Positions 1-12,500 of a DNA stretch of 64,000 bases are shown here, piece by piece. The notes under the pieces are model-generated. The model made no database searches and was not told where the DNA came from. It saw nothing but the letters and a program-made list of their open reading frames with translations. The translations under genes were made by a program, and so were the position numbers. The DNA comes from Oopsacas minuta (Eukaryota > Animalia > Porifera): positions 372,001 to 436,000 of the forward strand of contig JAKMXF010000321.1 of NCBI GenBank assembly GCA_024704765.1, in the 5' to 3' direction. Each line of letters starts with the position of its first letter. Positions within the stretch are counted from its first letter, which is position 1.

Positions 1-418
1 TTTTTTCAATTATATTAGTTACAAATATTTTCCTGAATGCGAACTGCGAATGATGGGACACAGAAATTCTAAGGACCTTGTCTTAAATGGACAAGGTTTA
101 TAATCGTAATGAAGGAAGGGACGCACATATTACGCCGCAGCGGTTCCAAACCATTTTCACCTATAGACCCCCTCCCATTGACTACAATCCAAATTTCAAG
201 ATCCTATGGACCCCTGCTGTCGTCCATGGACACCAGGTTGGGGACTAGTGGATTAGTTGTACTGCTCAATATATTAAACACAATTACTGTTAGCATTATA
301 TCTTGAGAAATTCCCAGCTCTACTCGTTCTTTAATGCGCCAATTTGAAAATATTTTTGTTTAGGGAATCTTATTAGAAATATGTGTGTATGTAATTGAAT
401 TAGATTTTGACTTAACAA

Positions 419-986
419 ATGACGTCATATCTTAAGAAAGGTACAAAAGTGAAAGGACCCAAACAGTTGTCTCGTACAGTCATGGCCATGAAGTTCATGA
501 AACGGCGAATTGTTAACGAAGAGCAATCAGATGAGAACAAAATAGCTCCAGTTGATGCTTGGTACGCTCTGGCCCCCCCGGATACCAAGAAGCCGAGAAA
601 ACCTCCGGAGACTCTAAGTTACGCCGGTTGTATGGATTTGTTAGAAAACGGACATTTGTCGTTTGGGAATTTTAACGTAAACGTGGAGAAGGAGATGGAA
701 GCGATGAAACGGGGAGACACAGGGGAACTATCAGAGAGTGATAAATCTGTCTCTGACAACGAAATGGCAGATAGGTATGTACTAAAACTATCATATGAAA
801 ATCATATTAATGATATAAATTGCTGTAAATAATTTCTATTCATCAAGGTATGACAATCTGATCGGAACAATTGGTAAGAAGGTAAAGAGGAAGCAAGGCT
901 ACCACATCGACTTTATAGACACAGAATCTAATATCCCAAAGAAAAAACGAAAAATAAAGAAGAAATTCAACAACCAGCAAAAGTAG
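419..986 (+). CDS. MPHOSPH6: M-phase phosphoprotein 6 (exosome cofactor MPP6); exons 419-774, 848-986
   Basis: Motifs LSRTVMAMKFMKR, HLSFGNFNVNVEKEM and VSDNEMADR|YDNLIGTIGKK match the MPP6 family. A 73-nt GT-AG intron (775-847) restores the conserved C-terminus. Confidence 0.9.
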
Positions 987-1072
987 TAATTATTGAAATA
1001 GCATAGAATTCAATTAAAATACACATAATAGTATGTTGGTATATTAGAGCAGTGGTTCACAACCCTTTTCAC

Positions 1073-1228
1073 CTGATTTTCTGTAGAATAGTGCCTTGGA
1101 TGAATATTTTGAATTTGTGATTTGACTCTAGAAATATTCCAATATACCTCACATTCAATAGAGACATCTGAGTACTCTTCATCATTAGTACGAATAGAAA
1201 CTTGTATTAAGTCATTAGCTGTTGCCAT
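1073..1228 (-). CDS. Probable first exon of a HERPUD-like ubiquitin-like-domain gene; remaining exons not found in the window
   Basis: From ATG 1228: MATANDLIQVSIRTNDEEYSDVSIECEVYWNISRVKSQIQNIHPRHYSTENQ, resembling the N-terminal half of the HERP UBL domain. It is 52 codons long and ends at the phase-0 donor CAG|GTGAAA. Confidence 0.5.
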
Positions 1229-1350
1229 ATTTACTGGAGCTAATATTTTGTTATTGTAAGAAACGAACAGATTTTCATTATACATAATACATACATGCAA
1301 AATAGTTATAAGTAATGTAGAACCTTAGCTTAACACAGGGAAATATGGTA

Positions 1351-1504
1351 CAGTGTAACCTCCACAGACGGAGCTTGTGGAAACGAACTTCTTGGAGACG
1401 CAGCGAAAATAAAGTGAATTCCTAGTCCAACCATATAATTGAGCCTCCACAAAAGGGGTAGCATTTTTTGGCGTCCCTTGCACCTATTAGTGTAGGTTAC
1501 ACTG
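1351..1504. mobile_element. MITE family A (Tc1/pogo-type, TA TSD)
   Basis: TIR CAGTGTAACCT...AGGTTACACTG, flanked by TA on both sides; the internal sequence recurs at other family A copies. Confidence 0.75.
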
Positions 1505-1789
1505 TAATACCTCGCACTACCTGAATATATGATAATACATGAATCAACTATTAAGATGAACTCTTATACGTACATCCATGGACAGCATGAATAAGAGATT
1601 TATAGCTAGACAACATTGTAAATACATTAAAGTGGTTCTCAACAAGGAATCCACTGTATGTTATATAAGAATACGCTGCACAAGTATAAGTATGTAATAT
1701 ATTATTAGGAAATTGGGGAATTGCTTTCAGTCATATATATATTTTAACCAAATTAAATCTTCCAAGTAAAGATTAATTAGCTCAGATTG

Positions 1790-2440
1790 ATGGAGGAAGA
1801 TGGATTTACTTTGGTCACAAATAAAAAACGAAAACTTAAGAAAGCAAAATTCATCCCGCATAAAGGCTATTCGCCTCATGATCTTGCAGCGGGATTTAGT
1901 AAAGAAGAACTAAAAGCCAGTGTTGAAAAATGCTATCAAGAACTAATGAACAGTCCGTTTATACAAGAAATAGACTTGATCGTGGATAAATTAAAAGAAC
2001 TCAACCCAAAATCTATTGTATGCTATGCTTTGGGGAAAATAGATAATTTATACTGTCAAGCTCCCAAATACCAACTCGCAATGCTGCTACACATAAAATA
2101 CAGGCTAAAAATAGAAAAGGCTCTTGTGTTTGACCCTGTATTAACTGAAGTGGAATTAAACGCGATTCAAGGATTCAAAATTGAGAGAATTCTTGTAAAC
2201 GAGGAAGGAAGAAGATTAGTTGAAGAAAGAACTTTATTTATTATATTTCATGGAGAAAAATTCCTTTTTGAGAATCTCATCAACACAAACAGGTTCTGTA
2301 AACAAAATATAATAATTCTAGGGAACGATTTGAAACATGTTCTCGAAAATCAGTTATCAGCTGGTATAAATTCTGTTCAGATTTTGAACAGTTTTTATAG
2401 AGAAACTATATTTGATAGTTGTGTATTGCAATGGTTTTAA
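1790..2440 (+). CDS. SRRD: SRR1-domain protein
   Basis: IVCYALG...YQLAMLL...VFDPVL...VNEEGRR...TLFIIFHGEKFLFENL is the SRR1 motif series. First ATG is 1790 (the ORF track starts at a TTG). Confidence 0.85.
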   Translation: MEEDGFTLVTNKKRKLKKAKFIPHKGYSPHDLAAGFSKEELKASVEKCYQELMNSPFIQEIDLIVDKLKELNPKSIVCYALGKIDNLYCQAPKYQLAMLLHIKYRLKIEKALVFDPVLTEVELNAIQGFKIERILVNEEGRRLVEERTLFIIFHGEKFLFENLINTNRFCKQNIIILGNDLKHVLENQLSAGINSVQILNSFYRETIFDSCVLQWF

Positions 2441-2497
2441 TTGTTTATTTGTATGTTTATTAATTAACAACAAAGGCAATAATAATTATATTCCTGA

Positions 2498-2797
2498 CTA
2501 TAAATGGGATGGGACTGTAAGATTATTGCAACAAGAATTGGATTTATAGCTACTTAGAGTCGATGAGCTTCGGTCTGAATCTTTGAGACTCAGGGGGGTG
2601 TTGCGACTGGAAATGGGTTGAGTCTGAAGTTCATCATCACACAAAGTTAAGCAAATAGTCGGGCAGTTTATTTTCCCTGCTCGTTTTGACATTTTCTCTA
2701 AATCTCTGAGAGTAGACTGTAGAGACTGAATAATCCATCTATCTTCATTGCGGACATTTCCAAGTTTATAACTAACAAACTTACTATTATAATTCAT
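2498..2797 (-). CDS. Hypothetical 99-aa protein, no recognised family
   Basis: ATG-initiated ORF that is visibly more GC-rich than its flanks, with CAG 11 nt before the ATG. Convergent with SRRD. Confidence 0.45.
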   Translation of the reverse strand: MNYNSKFVSYKLGNVRNEDRWIIQSLQSTLRDLEKMSKRAGKINCPTICLTLCDDELQTQPISSRNTPLSLKDSDRSSSTLSSYKSNSCCNNLTVPSHL

Positions 2798-3094
2798 ATT
2801 ATTATTTACTGGACGTTAGAAAAATTGTATTTATAGTTTCACTTATGATTCCATTTTAGAAATTGAAGCGTAATGAATAATTCGTAATTTTGTATTATTG
2901 ACATGAAAATGTTTACCAGTGATGATGATTAGATCACGATATACATTGAGGTGATACTAAGATTCATTGTCTAGGTATATTTAGCTATTTAACTGTTGGA
3001 AAAAGGCGTCCTTCTGCCCGTTGGTTTCCTGTGATAATTATTCTATAAACCTGGCCTTTCATGACAAATACTGGCTATACTCATTCATTACGAT

Positions 3095-3262
3095 CAGGAC
3101 CTCTGAGAGGGGGGCCAGGAGGGCCATTTAGCCTAGGCCTCACGCTCTAAGAGGCCTCCAAAATCAATATTTCATTGAATAATCATCACAATATTTGGGT
3201 AATATGTACTCATTTTCGGGAAAATATGGCCTTGGCCCTCTCCGATCCAGTCAGAGGGCCTG
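3095..3262. mobile_element. GC-rich TIR element remnant
   Basis: Ends CAGGACCTCTGA and TCAGAGGGCCTG (11/12 inverted match); no clear TSD. Confidence 0.4.
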
Positions 3263-3579
3263 AGAAGTTTAGATATGACCGTAAAATAAACAAATAATAT
3301 TACAATAATTGAACTGAATTTCACACGAAAGGCTCTAATGCATTTTTGACAGAAATTTCTCAAATTATAATGATGATCGTTTAAGTGTAATGAATCCACG
3401 AAATTCGCATAATAACCACATTTTTACAGATAGTAATCCTCAAACGTCTAGACAACAATTAAAGTGATGATACACCATAAAATGAACACAAGCGAATTAT
3501 AATTATCTTTCATTGACGACATCAATATACTAATATCCAATACGTATAGCAATTATAATGTCTACAATCTAATACCTGA

Positions 3580-6500
3580 CTATATAGGTTTCTTCAGTCT
3601 CTTGGTAGGATTATTAAGATCCGTTAGACTGGTAGAGGGGATAATAGAGTTCCTAAATATATATATATATATATATCATAACGACCAATAAAGAACATAG
3701 ATATTTAATAACTAGTAACTAATATCTGATGGTTAAACTGTTGGATCATATGTTTATTTGTAAGTTTCATGCTCTGAAAGTCTCAGAATTGGACTTTATG
3801 CACCCAATTCCCCCTGACAACATGCTGAAACCTCACCTTTAGCATGATTTAAAATTTACATAGAAAGGTGTGAAATGTTACTTTAGGAAAAATTCACACC
3901 CCAGGTGCAAATCCATACCCCAAAATGTAGCCATGTATCAATAGGAGCTGCACTAAAATAGGTGTTAACAACAAACACATACATACCTATTTGCCAGGAC
4001 TACTACTTGTCTCTGAGGTTCAGGGTCCTGTGACCATGACTGACAATTATAATAAGAAGCTAATTCGTGTACAATACGTCTGTGATTAGGCCGCATTGCT
4101 CTGAATACATGTTGGTGAGATTTCGCTTGACTAGCTTGTACAGAATGTATCAGTTTCTTCATTTGATCTTCTAACTGGCTAATGAACTCTGGCTCAATTT
4201 TAACCTGCTCCTTCAGGAATGGATTGTACATTTCTCGGATAGCTTGGTCAATAGGAGAACTGGTATCAACACCAAATGCATCTGCTAATCTCCTAATTAT
4301 AGAAATATGATATAGTTTTGTTTTCTAATGTAATGGCCAGTATTTCAGAGATTTATGGATGGGGCTTCAGGCCTCTTGGTCTAAAATACAGTGGAACCTG
4401 CATAAACTGACACTCGATGGCTTGAAATTTGTCGGTTTAGCAAATTGTCAGATTATGCAGGTGAATTTGCATTGTCGGAAGCTATTTCAGATCAGAAACA
4501 CTGCGGATTATAGAGGTGTCTGCGGTTTAGCAGTTTCCATTGTATGGCACGGGTATAGTACAGTGTAACTTCGTTAATAAGAACACTAACGGAAGGTCGA
4601 ATTGTGTTCTCCTTATTCGGAGTAATACCAATTGTATAACAATTATAGCCTTTATAGGATTCTGATTTGGTGTAAATATTTGTTTCTCTTGTCAGGAAAA
4701 TTTGTATTAAAAACCCGAATCTGGCTGTTTGGTTTTACTCCCAATTTCAACTTAAGTAGTCAGGTTCTGGTTAACCATGTTCGTATTATTGTTCCACTAT
4801 ACGTTAAAATGACGTCATAATATTACTCACCTCTTCCATTCATCTTTCTGACACTCTTCATCACAATCTAGATTTCCTATACTCTTCAGTTCCATGAATT
4901 TACCAATGTCGACTTTCTTTCCACTCAAAATCCCAGTCACTATTCCAGACAATCCCTTCTCTTTTATACGTTTCTGAATGTCTGCGTTATCACTGCCCAG
5001 TGGACACAACAGCTGGGAAGATTTCCGTCCACATCCGCACTTGACAGTTACCTAGACAACAGATTGCCACAATTAGAATTTGATAAATATGTAAAGGAGT
5101 TAATAACTTACCCATACAGTGCATAGAGTAGGTGGACAGGATGTTTTACCGTGACAAGGGGTGCCACACGCATGACCACACAGCTTTCTAGCATGATTAC
5201 ATTTCTGTATACATACGTCTTTCTCTGATTGACAATGATTGCGATGACATAGCTTAATGCAGTTGTGAGTCCCGCATCTAAGCTGCTTACTACAGGGCCG
5301 ACCACAAGATGGGTCTTTCTGGTGACAAGGAACGTTACATAGAGCCTTAAGAAATATGAAAACTGTAGTAAATACAACGGACAATCAAGATGAACAGGTT
5401 TTCTCAACCTGTGACCATATGGCCAAACTTGGTCACAAATTAGGCAACAGAGATATTTACGCCGTTGTTAGTCTAGTTGATCATCTATGACAGAGATTCC
5501 CAACCTCTTCCCGTGAAGGTGTGGTCATGATACAGAATTTTAAACAAAGTATGGCTATAGCTAATGAGAATTCGGGGAACAATGAACTACAGTATATAAT
5601 ACACAAATCGTATAGAGCTAATACCTCTTTTCCACACATACAATGCTTATCAACTAGCTCAGCACAGGGAGGACAATTCTTCTCTGAGTGACAGCTATGC
5701 CTGGGGGTGTGACCACAAGGATGTTTCCTTGTACACATTTGGTCACATTTAGGAGGTAGAGTACCACAAGGGATGGGAGGGTATATTATTTCTCTACCAC
5801 AGAAACAGTGTAACTCATCAAAACCTACAAACAAATAAGGTCAACTTCCGGTATGTAGAAACTCAAGGGACCGCAATAATTAGTAGATATAACCGACGAA
5901 AAATCTATGGTACTTTCACGGTTTGGGACCATATATAACTGACTTGTATTAGGGCACGGAGGACATCTGTGTGTATGACACACCTCCATACATTTATGTC
6001 CACACTGTAACCGTTTGTTACAAATAACATTACAAGGATGACTAGCACGAGTACAACATTTATCTTGACACCTATAAACAAACAATAATAATATTAAATA
6101 TAAACAAATTTTCAAATCATTTAGTTACCTGTGTCTTCCACATAGCATTTTCTTGTTGCATATTTTATCACATTTTGGTTGTTGTAAAGGTTTAGAATTC
6201 TTCAGATTTATACATTGAATGAAAACTCTAGATTTCCCGCATCCACACCGTACAAGCTGCTGTTTATCACAGACAACACAATCTCCTATATGACACTTAT
6301 TGTCACATCTGTGACATTTAGGATCTCCTAAAATGGAAATAAATATATTATGCGTTCTGGTAGAATAATTATAGAAGCTTTTACCTGGGTCAGAGCATAG
6401 TAACACTTTGTTACAAGAGGAATGACATGTTGGTATCGGGTCGAGGCAAGATGTCCTTTCTTCCTCCTTAGCAACAAGTTGTAGCAGCTGGAATGCACCA

Positions 6501-9500
6501 CAAGGACAAGTTGTGATTGTATCTGGTGCTAAATTACATCTTCCACAATCCTCTTCATGACATTCTCTTTCACAGAGATGATTCCCACAAGAAATTGGCC
6601 TACAGAAAACAAATAGAAATTACAATAGAATATCTCCAGCAGCTCTTCAATACATCAGTCATTATAATCAGACACAAATCAATTGTAATACAAAAGTATG
6701 ATATCTTCAATCAATATAAATAAGCCATAATTATGTTTTGATGTAATTGTAATGAGTACCCCCCAGCGTGTAGGAGAGAGCTGCGATGAATTGGATACAC
6801 AACCGACAGTTCTAATACAAGAGAATCGTCGCTTCTCTATCAAGAATATCATAGATGAAGAGATATATAACATCCAAAACGAGAAAAACGACCATACCAA
6901 TAATAAGTGTATAAGTTGCCCTCCCAGATGTGTTAAGATATTGTGGCTAATCATAGCAATTTCGGTTATAGGCCTTGCGGTTATTCTCGTCATATCTCCC
7001 CTCGTCCTCTCCAAAATACCTCCACAAGGTGTTCCTACTACTAACAATAGTCTATGGGGAATAACAACTGAACTAACTCTATTGCGGTATTACGGATTAG
7101 AGGTTACAGAAGTTAATTGTAGCTATGAATTTGAGTTTAATAACTATCTCTGTCTACCTCAGTGTAATTGGCATCCAGCAGGAAACATAGCATTCCTCAT
7201 GCAATATTCAATTCTTATTATAATAGATGTCACAGGGATTATCCTCAGTATTATCAGTATCAGTGCGTGGATTGTACCATTCATTCGCTATGCTTACCAT
7301 AACAGACATAATTCCTTATCAGGAATTGATATTAATTTGCCTAGACTGACTCTATTCATGCTTCTATTGAGTGTCGCAATTCTAATATTACTATATGCTA
7401 TACTAGATATACCACAACACGAAGATATATTCTGTAAATCAGTTCAATCGGAATTGGGATTTGATTTCTCTTTAGTCTCTCTACATAGCGATGCAAGGAT
7501 AGAAGTATACGGAGCTCTATTCCATTATTTCACTCTATCCTATCTGCTATGGACAGTCTGTTCCTGGTTAAATATTCTTCTAGTGTTATGCTTTCCTTTA
7601 CAAATAACAACAAACTTCAAAGTAAAGAATACCATCTTCCTAACCGAGTTATTAATCTCGATTTTAGTACCATTTTTCGCAATTTTCCTAGCAGTTCAAG
7701 GCCCTGACTACAATGGAGAGTATACTGCAGCTTATGGCCCGGTACAAATATACAGAACTATATTTCTAATAGATCATAGTCTATACGGTACCCTATATGA
7801 ATGGCCTCATTTCATATCTCTTGGAATTATACTCGCATTCAATGTTATAATTGTATTTAAGCTAAAAATGAAATTACTTAAGCAGACTGTATCGTCCGGT
7901 AGGAAACAGAGTATTGGAGGATTTGAAACTAGATTCATGGTACATTCAGTTATTTTGATTATTCTTCACATATTTGTGAATGCTACAGTAATCGCATACA
8001 AGTTTATTGAATACAGATACTTCTGGCAATTGGAAGAGATCATAGGCTGCGTCACATTAAATAGTAATCTTACTTTTACGCTAGAAGGTAATGTCTACAC
8101 AAGTAAGAGCTTAGAACTTGTAAAGATATTCTTTACGGAATATTCCGCTATAGAGATAAATAGCTGTCAAGATTATTTCTTAGATAATGAGATGATCTAT
8201 CCTTCCTTCCTTTTCATTCTATCTACAATATTATTACGGTTAGTATGGCTATCAGTTTTCGTTGTTTTAATCCCACAATTTAGTCCAGGAAGGTTGTATA
8301 AGTCTATCAGGAGTCATACCAAGATACAAACCCAAAAATCAAACGTAGTCTAATTACATTAACAAATCAAAGATTGGTGATTTGAATTATTCTATAGTTT
8401 GTCTCGTTTTAGTTAATTATTAAGAGTGTTTGAATTATTTAATTGTGAAGATTGACATAACACGTTAATGCTTATAATCATTTTATTTTCGGGTATACAC
8501 GGTCCTAGCCTGTGGGTATCATTACAAATTAATAATGAGCGAAGACATCCAAATTTTACCAAAGTTGTCATCTGACTTCGTTACCAGTTTAGTGCCACTT
8601 AAAATGTTTCAAATATTTTAAACAAATAGCCGAATTGACTTTTCTTTGAATTCATTCAAACTTTGCAATTTGGCGTCAATTTACCGAATCTGAATATTGT
8701 AGAATTCGGATAAGACGTACATTCGGTTAGTACGTATTAATTGATGTTCCAGGGAGGTGTGTTATTGGAGCAGGGGCTAGGGTGCGGATACCTGCCTCTT
8801 TTCTCGGGGCTGTTCACCAATGTTTGTTAAGAAGAGGTTTACCGTATTTCCCTCAATAACCGCCTAGAAAATAGCTCCAAAAATTGTTAATAATATTTAT
8901 CTTTGTTTACGCTACTAATTAGGATAATTAGTTTCCTAAAACTTCAGCACTTCAATAGCCACACAAATTAAATAATTGCATCTTACACAAAATACAATGT
9001 CTCCGCTCCTATAACTCACACAATAAGATTATAACACAAACTAAGTAGCTACGTATTTGCTAAGTCAACGAATAATCTCAAAAGAGTCCGTTATCTAGTA
9101 ATGTAGATAGACCATAACGCAAAGAATTGTTGGATCATATAAGTGTTAAAATATTGCCATTACACACCACACAGAGTTTCAATGAATCTAGAAACAATTA
9201 AAGGAAGGCTCAAAGATTTGAGAACAAACATTTCAATGAATTTCAAAATTCTTCACTCTAAATTAGATGAATACGAACAGCTGATCGGTGAGGAATTAGA
9301 TAGACTATTGAATGGAGTTATACAGCAAGCTACTACACCAAATTCTGATTCACGTGATGTTGAATGGAAAATAGAATTACAAGAATTAGGACAAACGAGA
9401 GGGAGCTTATTCAATGAAACAAATGGTAAGCTAGGTGAAGTAGAAGTATTGGGGGATATACGATTGAATTGGAATCAAATAGAGTTTGATAATGCTATGC

Positions 9501-12500
9501 AAAATATGTGTGTAATTGATAACTCTCTCAAAGTGAAAGAGGTAGAGGAATTCAGTCCCTTCACAGGTTGTAGGGAGGGACATCTACCGGGGGAGTTGCA
9601 CGGCCCAAGGGGTTTATCAGTCGACATTTTGGACAATATTTATATATCAGATCAGTACAACAAACGAATACAGATATTCTCAAAGAATGGCGAATATCTC
9701 CAACATTTTGGTGATGAACATTTGACCGGACCATGGAGTGTAGCAGTAATTGGAGACAATGCATACGTTACTGACGCGGGGCAACACAGTGTATTTTGGT
9801 TTAAAATAAGCGAATCGAAACTCGTCAAAAAAAGTGGCGGAAAAGGGACCGGAAATGGTCAATTTAACGTGCCACATGGCATTGATGGTGGTGGAGATGA
9901 CTTAATATATATTTGTGACTGTTTCAATAACAGAATAACTGTCTTAGATCAACAATTGGATTTTGTCAAACAACAATGCGAGCTACAAGTAATGAGGCCA
10001 GATGACGTCATTGTGAAAGATAATATGATATTCGTGTTGGATTCAAACGATCCTTGTTTCCACGCGTTCAACATAGACGGAGTTAAAGTGTTCAGTATTA
10101 TCCATGGTGTCAATGATAACGAGCCACACATGACGAAATGGGGCTATTTTTTCGCGATTAATTGGGAGAAAGGTTTGGTTCTTATATCAGACGCGGTCAA
10201 TCATTGCCTGCGGATATTCTCACTTAAAGGAGAGCTGGTGCAGACCTTAGGACAGGTGGGCATAGACAAGGGAGAGTTCATGACCCCTCAAGGTGTGGGT
10301 ATCATGAGTGACAAACGGGTAGTCACTGTATGTCTTGATAAGAAATCAGATATGTTACAAATATTTTGAGTGATTGAGTAGTTGTGTGTGTGTGTGATTG
10401 TAGTGATAACTAATAGGGTAGATTTGTATGTGGTTATTCATATGATATTAAAGATGAGTACGTATTACATAATTTGATACAGTGGAGTTCGCCTATTAGC
10501 GAATGGTATTTTGCATAAATTCGAGTTTTCTTTTTAGCGACTATTTATCATACAAAGATTCACTCCATGTCAATGACAATGCTGTTAATAGGCGGATTGC
10601 GCTAATATACGATTTGCTAATACAATGGTTCTCAACCGGGGTCCGCATCCCTAAAAGGTTTTCGTTATGTTTATTGGCAGGGTCCGCGGAAGAAAAAAGG
10701 TTGAGAACCAATGTGCTAATAGGCCAGCGGTTCCAAACTGGGGGTCTATGGACCCTTTGATGATCTGCGGACGACACCAGGAGGCTACAAGAATCAAGAG
10801 GATCAAAATCTACTTATCAAATATCCAGAAGTATCCCTGAACAATTAGGGACCATTATATTAATTTATAATTCTTACCTAGAGCAAGGCTGTTTACAAGA
10901 ATATTGTATTCCTTCTCCTTCCTTAACAGATATATCAATCTGTAGCTCAGAGCACAATACAGTTCTCTTAGATTTGTTGCAATAACAGCTCTGTGTAATT
11001 TCAAAACTACAACTGTCACATTCACCTAAACAAAATAAACCGTATACAGTAGATTCTCGTTATAACGAAGTGCTCAGGACTTAGGTTTCATTTCTTTGTA
11101 AGCGGAGTAAAACCAATTACTTCAAGCTATATGGGGTAAAGAATCACTTCGTTAGAATGAGTTTCGGTATATCTGACTAGGTCGTAACGGGAGTATACTA
11201 TATTCCTAATAGCCCTTAATATAGCAATTTAAAGTCGTTTATAAGCTAAAATGTATTGGTTTCCCTCTTAGCTATGATGTTGGACTGTTTATGAAGGAAT
11301 TTATGATTCATCCTTCTAGTTTCAGCCTTGTCTGAGCTCGTTTGTAATATTACAATAAGAAACACACGATAATAGTCTATGTACAACTTACCGTGATGAC
11401 AAGGTTGTGAACAGCTGTGTCTGCCACATGTCAGTTTTCTCTCACAGGTGGAATTACAAGGTCTGACATTTACTGCCATGTTACACCGCATCTCAGAGCT
11501 TGTGAAGTCAAAAGAGATAAATTTGTATGCGATTATAAATGCGTACAGTAGAACTCGTAACACTTATTGCAAATCAAAAATCAGTTCCCATTAATTATAA
11601 TAAGATCCATATTCGGATAAGACGTACACTCTGATAGCAGTTGTTTCCCCAAAGGGTTCTTGTACGAGTTCCACTGTATAGTATGATATTATCTAGGAAA
11701 TGTATAGACTAGAAGGTACTTAGTGCTTACATAGATTTCTTGCAGGGACATGAGACCTGTACGGTGGCTGCACAGGTAGGACAGGGTCCTGGATGACAGA
11801 GCTGTTTACATTTGTGTTGACACTGACTATGCTTAGGATCTGTGTTAAGAGATTTACCGCAGATTTCAGTGCAACTGTGTGGTAACTCTCCTTTCTTCCA
11901 GACCGGGTTTTCTACCTAAATCAGGTTAATCTGATCAACTTAAATAGTAGAAGATATTTTGCATAAAAATATTTGTACAAAATATTTATTCACGTAAATA
12001 CGATCCCATACACCACCGGCCACCCTCTGGGATCAGTTGGCCTTCTTGCGCCCCCTACAAAGCAGCGCTTATGGTAAATACTCAGGTGCCCCCTCCTGCC
12101 TCTGGCAACGGACCTGTTTACTAGAAATGTGGGAGATATTTTATTGGAAAACTTTGCAATATATTTAATGAGAACCAATCAAATACAGGGCATGACAATG
12201 GGCAAATGAGATTGTAGGTATGTAGGCCCTGCTGTCCAAGAGTATAAATAACTGAATTGCTGTAAACAATCACAATTATGTCGATTCGATTCAAAGTAGT
12301 GACAACTTGCGGACAGATTCAAGAGGAATCCAATGTCAAAGAATCGAGCATGGAAATGAGTAGTGAACAAATCGTAGAGAGTAAAGGGAAGGACCAAATA
12401 GTCACCAGTCATTTAACATTGAAAGAGGACAAACAACTCACACAGAAAACTGATCTGATGCCAAAAAATAAAGCAGGCAACGATGGTGGTGGTAAAAGGA

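Noticed and set aside
2917-2990. Box C-like GTGATGA suggesting a C/D snoRNA
   Set aside because: No box D (CTGA) or terminal stem at a suitable distance.
2998-3060. AAAAAGGCGTCCTTCTG resembling the U11 snRNA 5' end
   Set aside because: No downstream U11 stem-loops or Sm site are visible.
3730-3830. Alternative last exon for NFX1
   Set aside because: The acceptors give short non-homologous frames, whereas 3652-3580 ([11 protein letters not shown]) matches the family C-terminus better.
3865-3901. AGGTGTGA T-box-like sites (also near 14704 and 40883)
   Set aside because: Short motifs are expected by chance. One is in coding sequence, and this one looks like a small inverted-repeat remnant.
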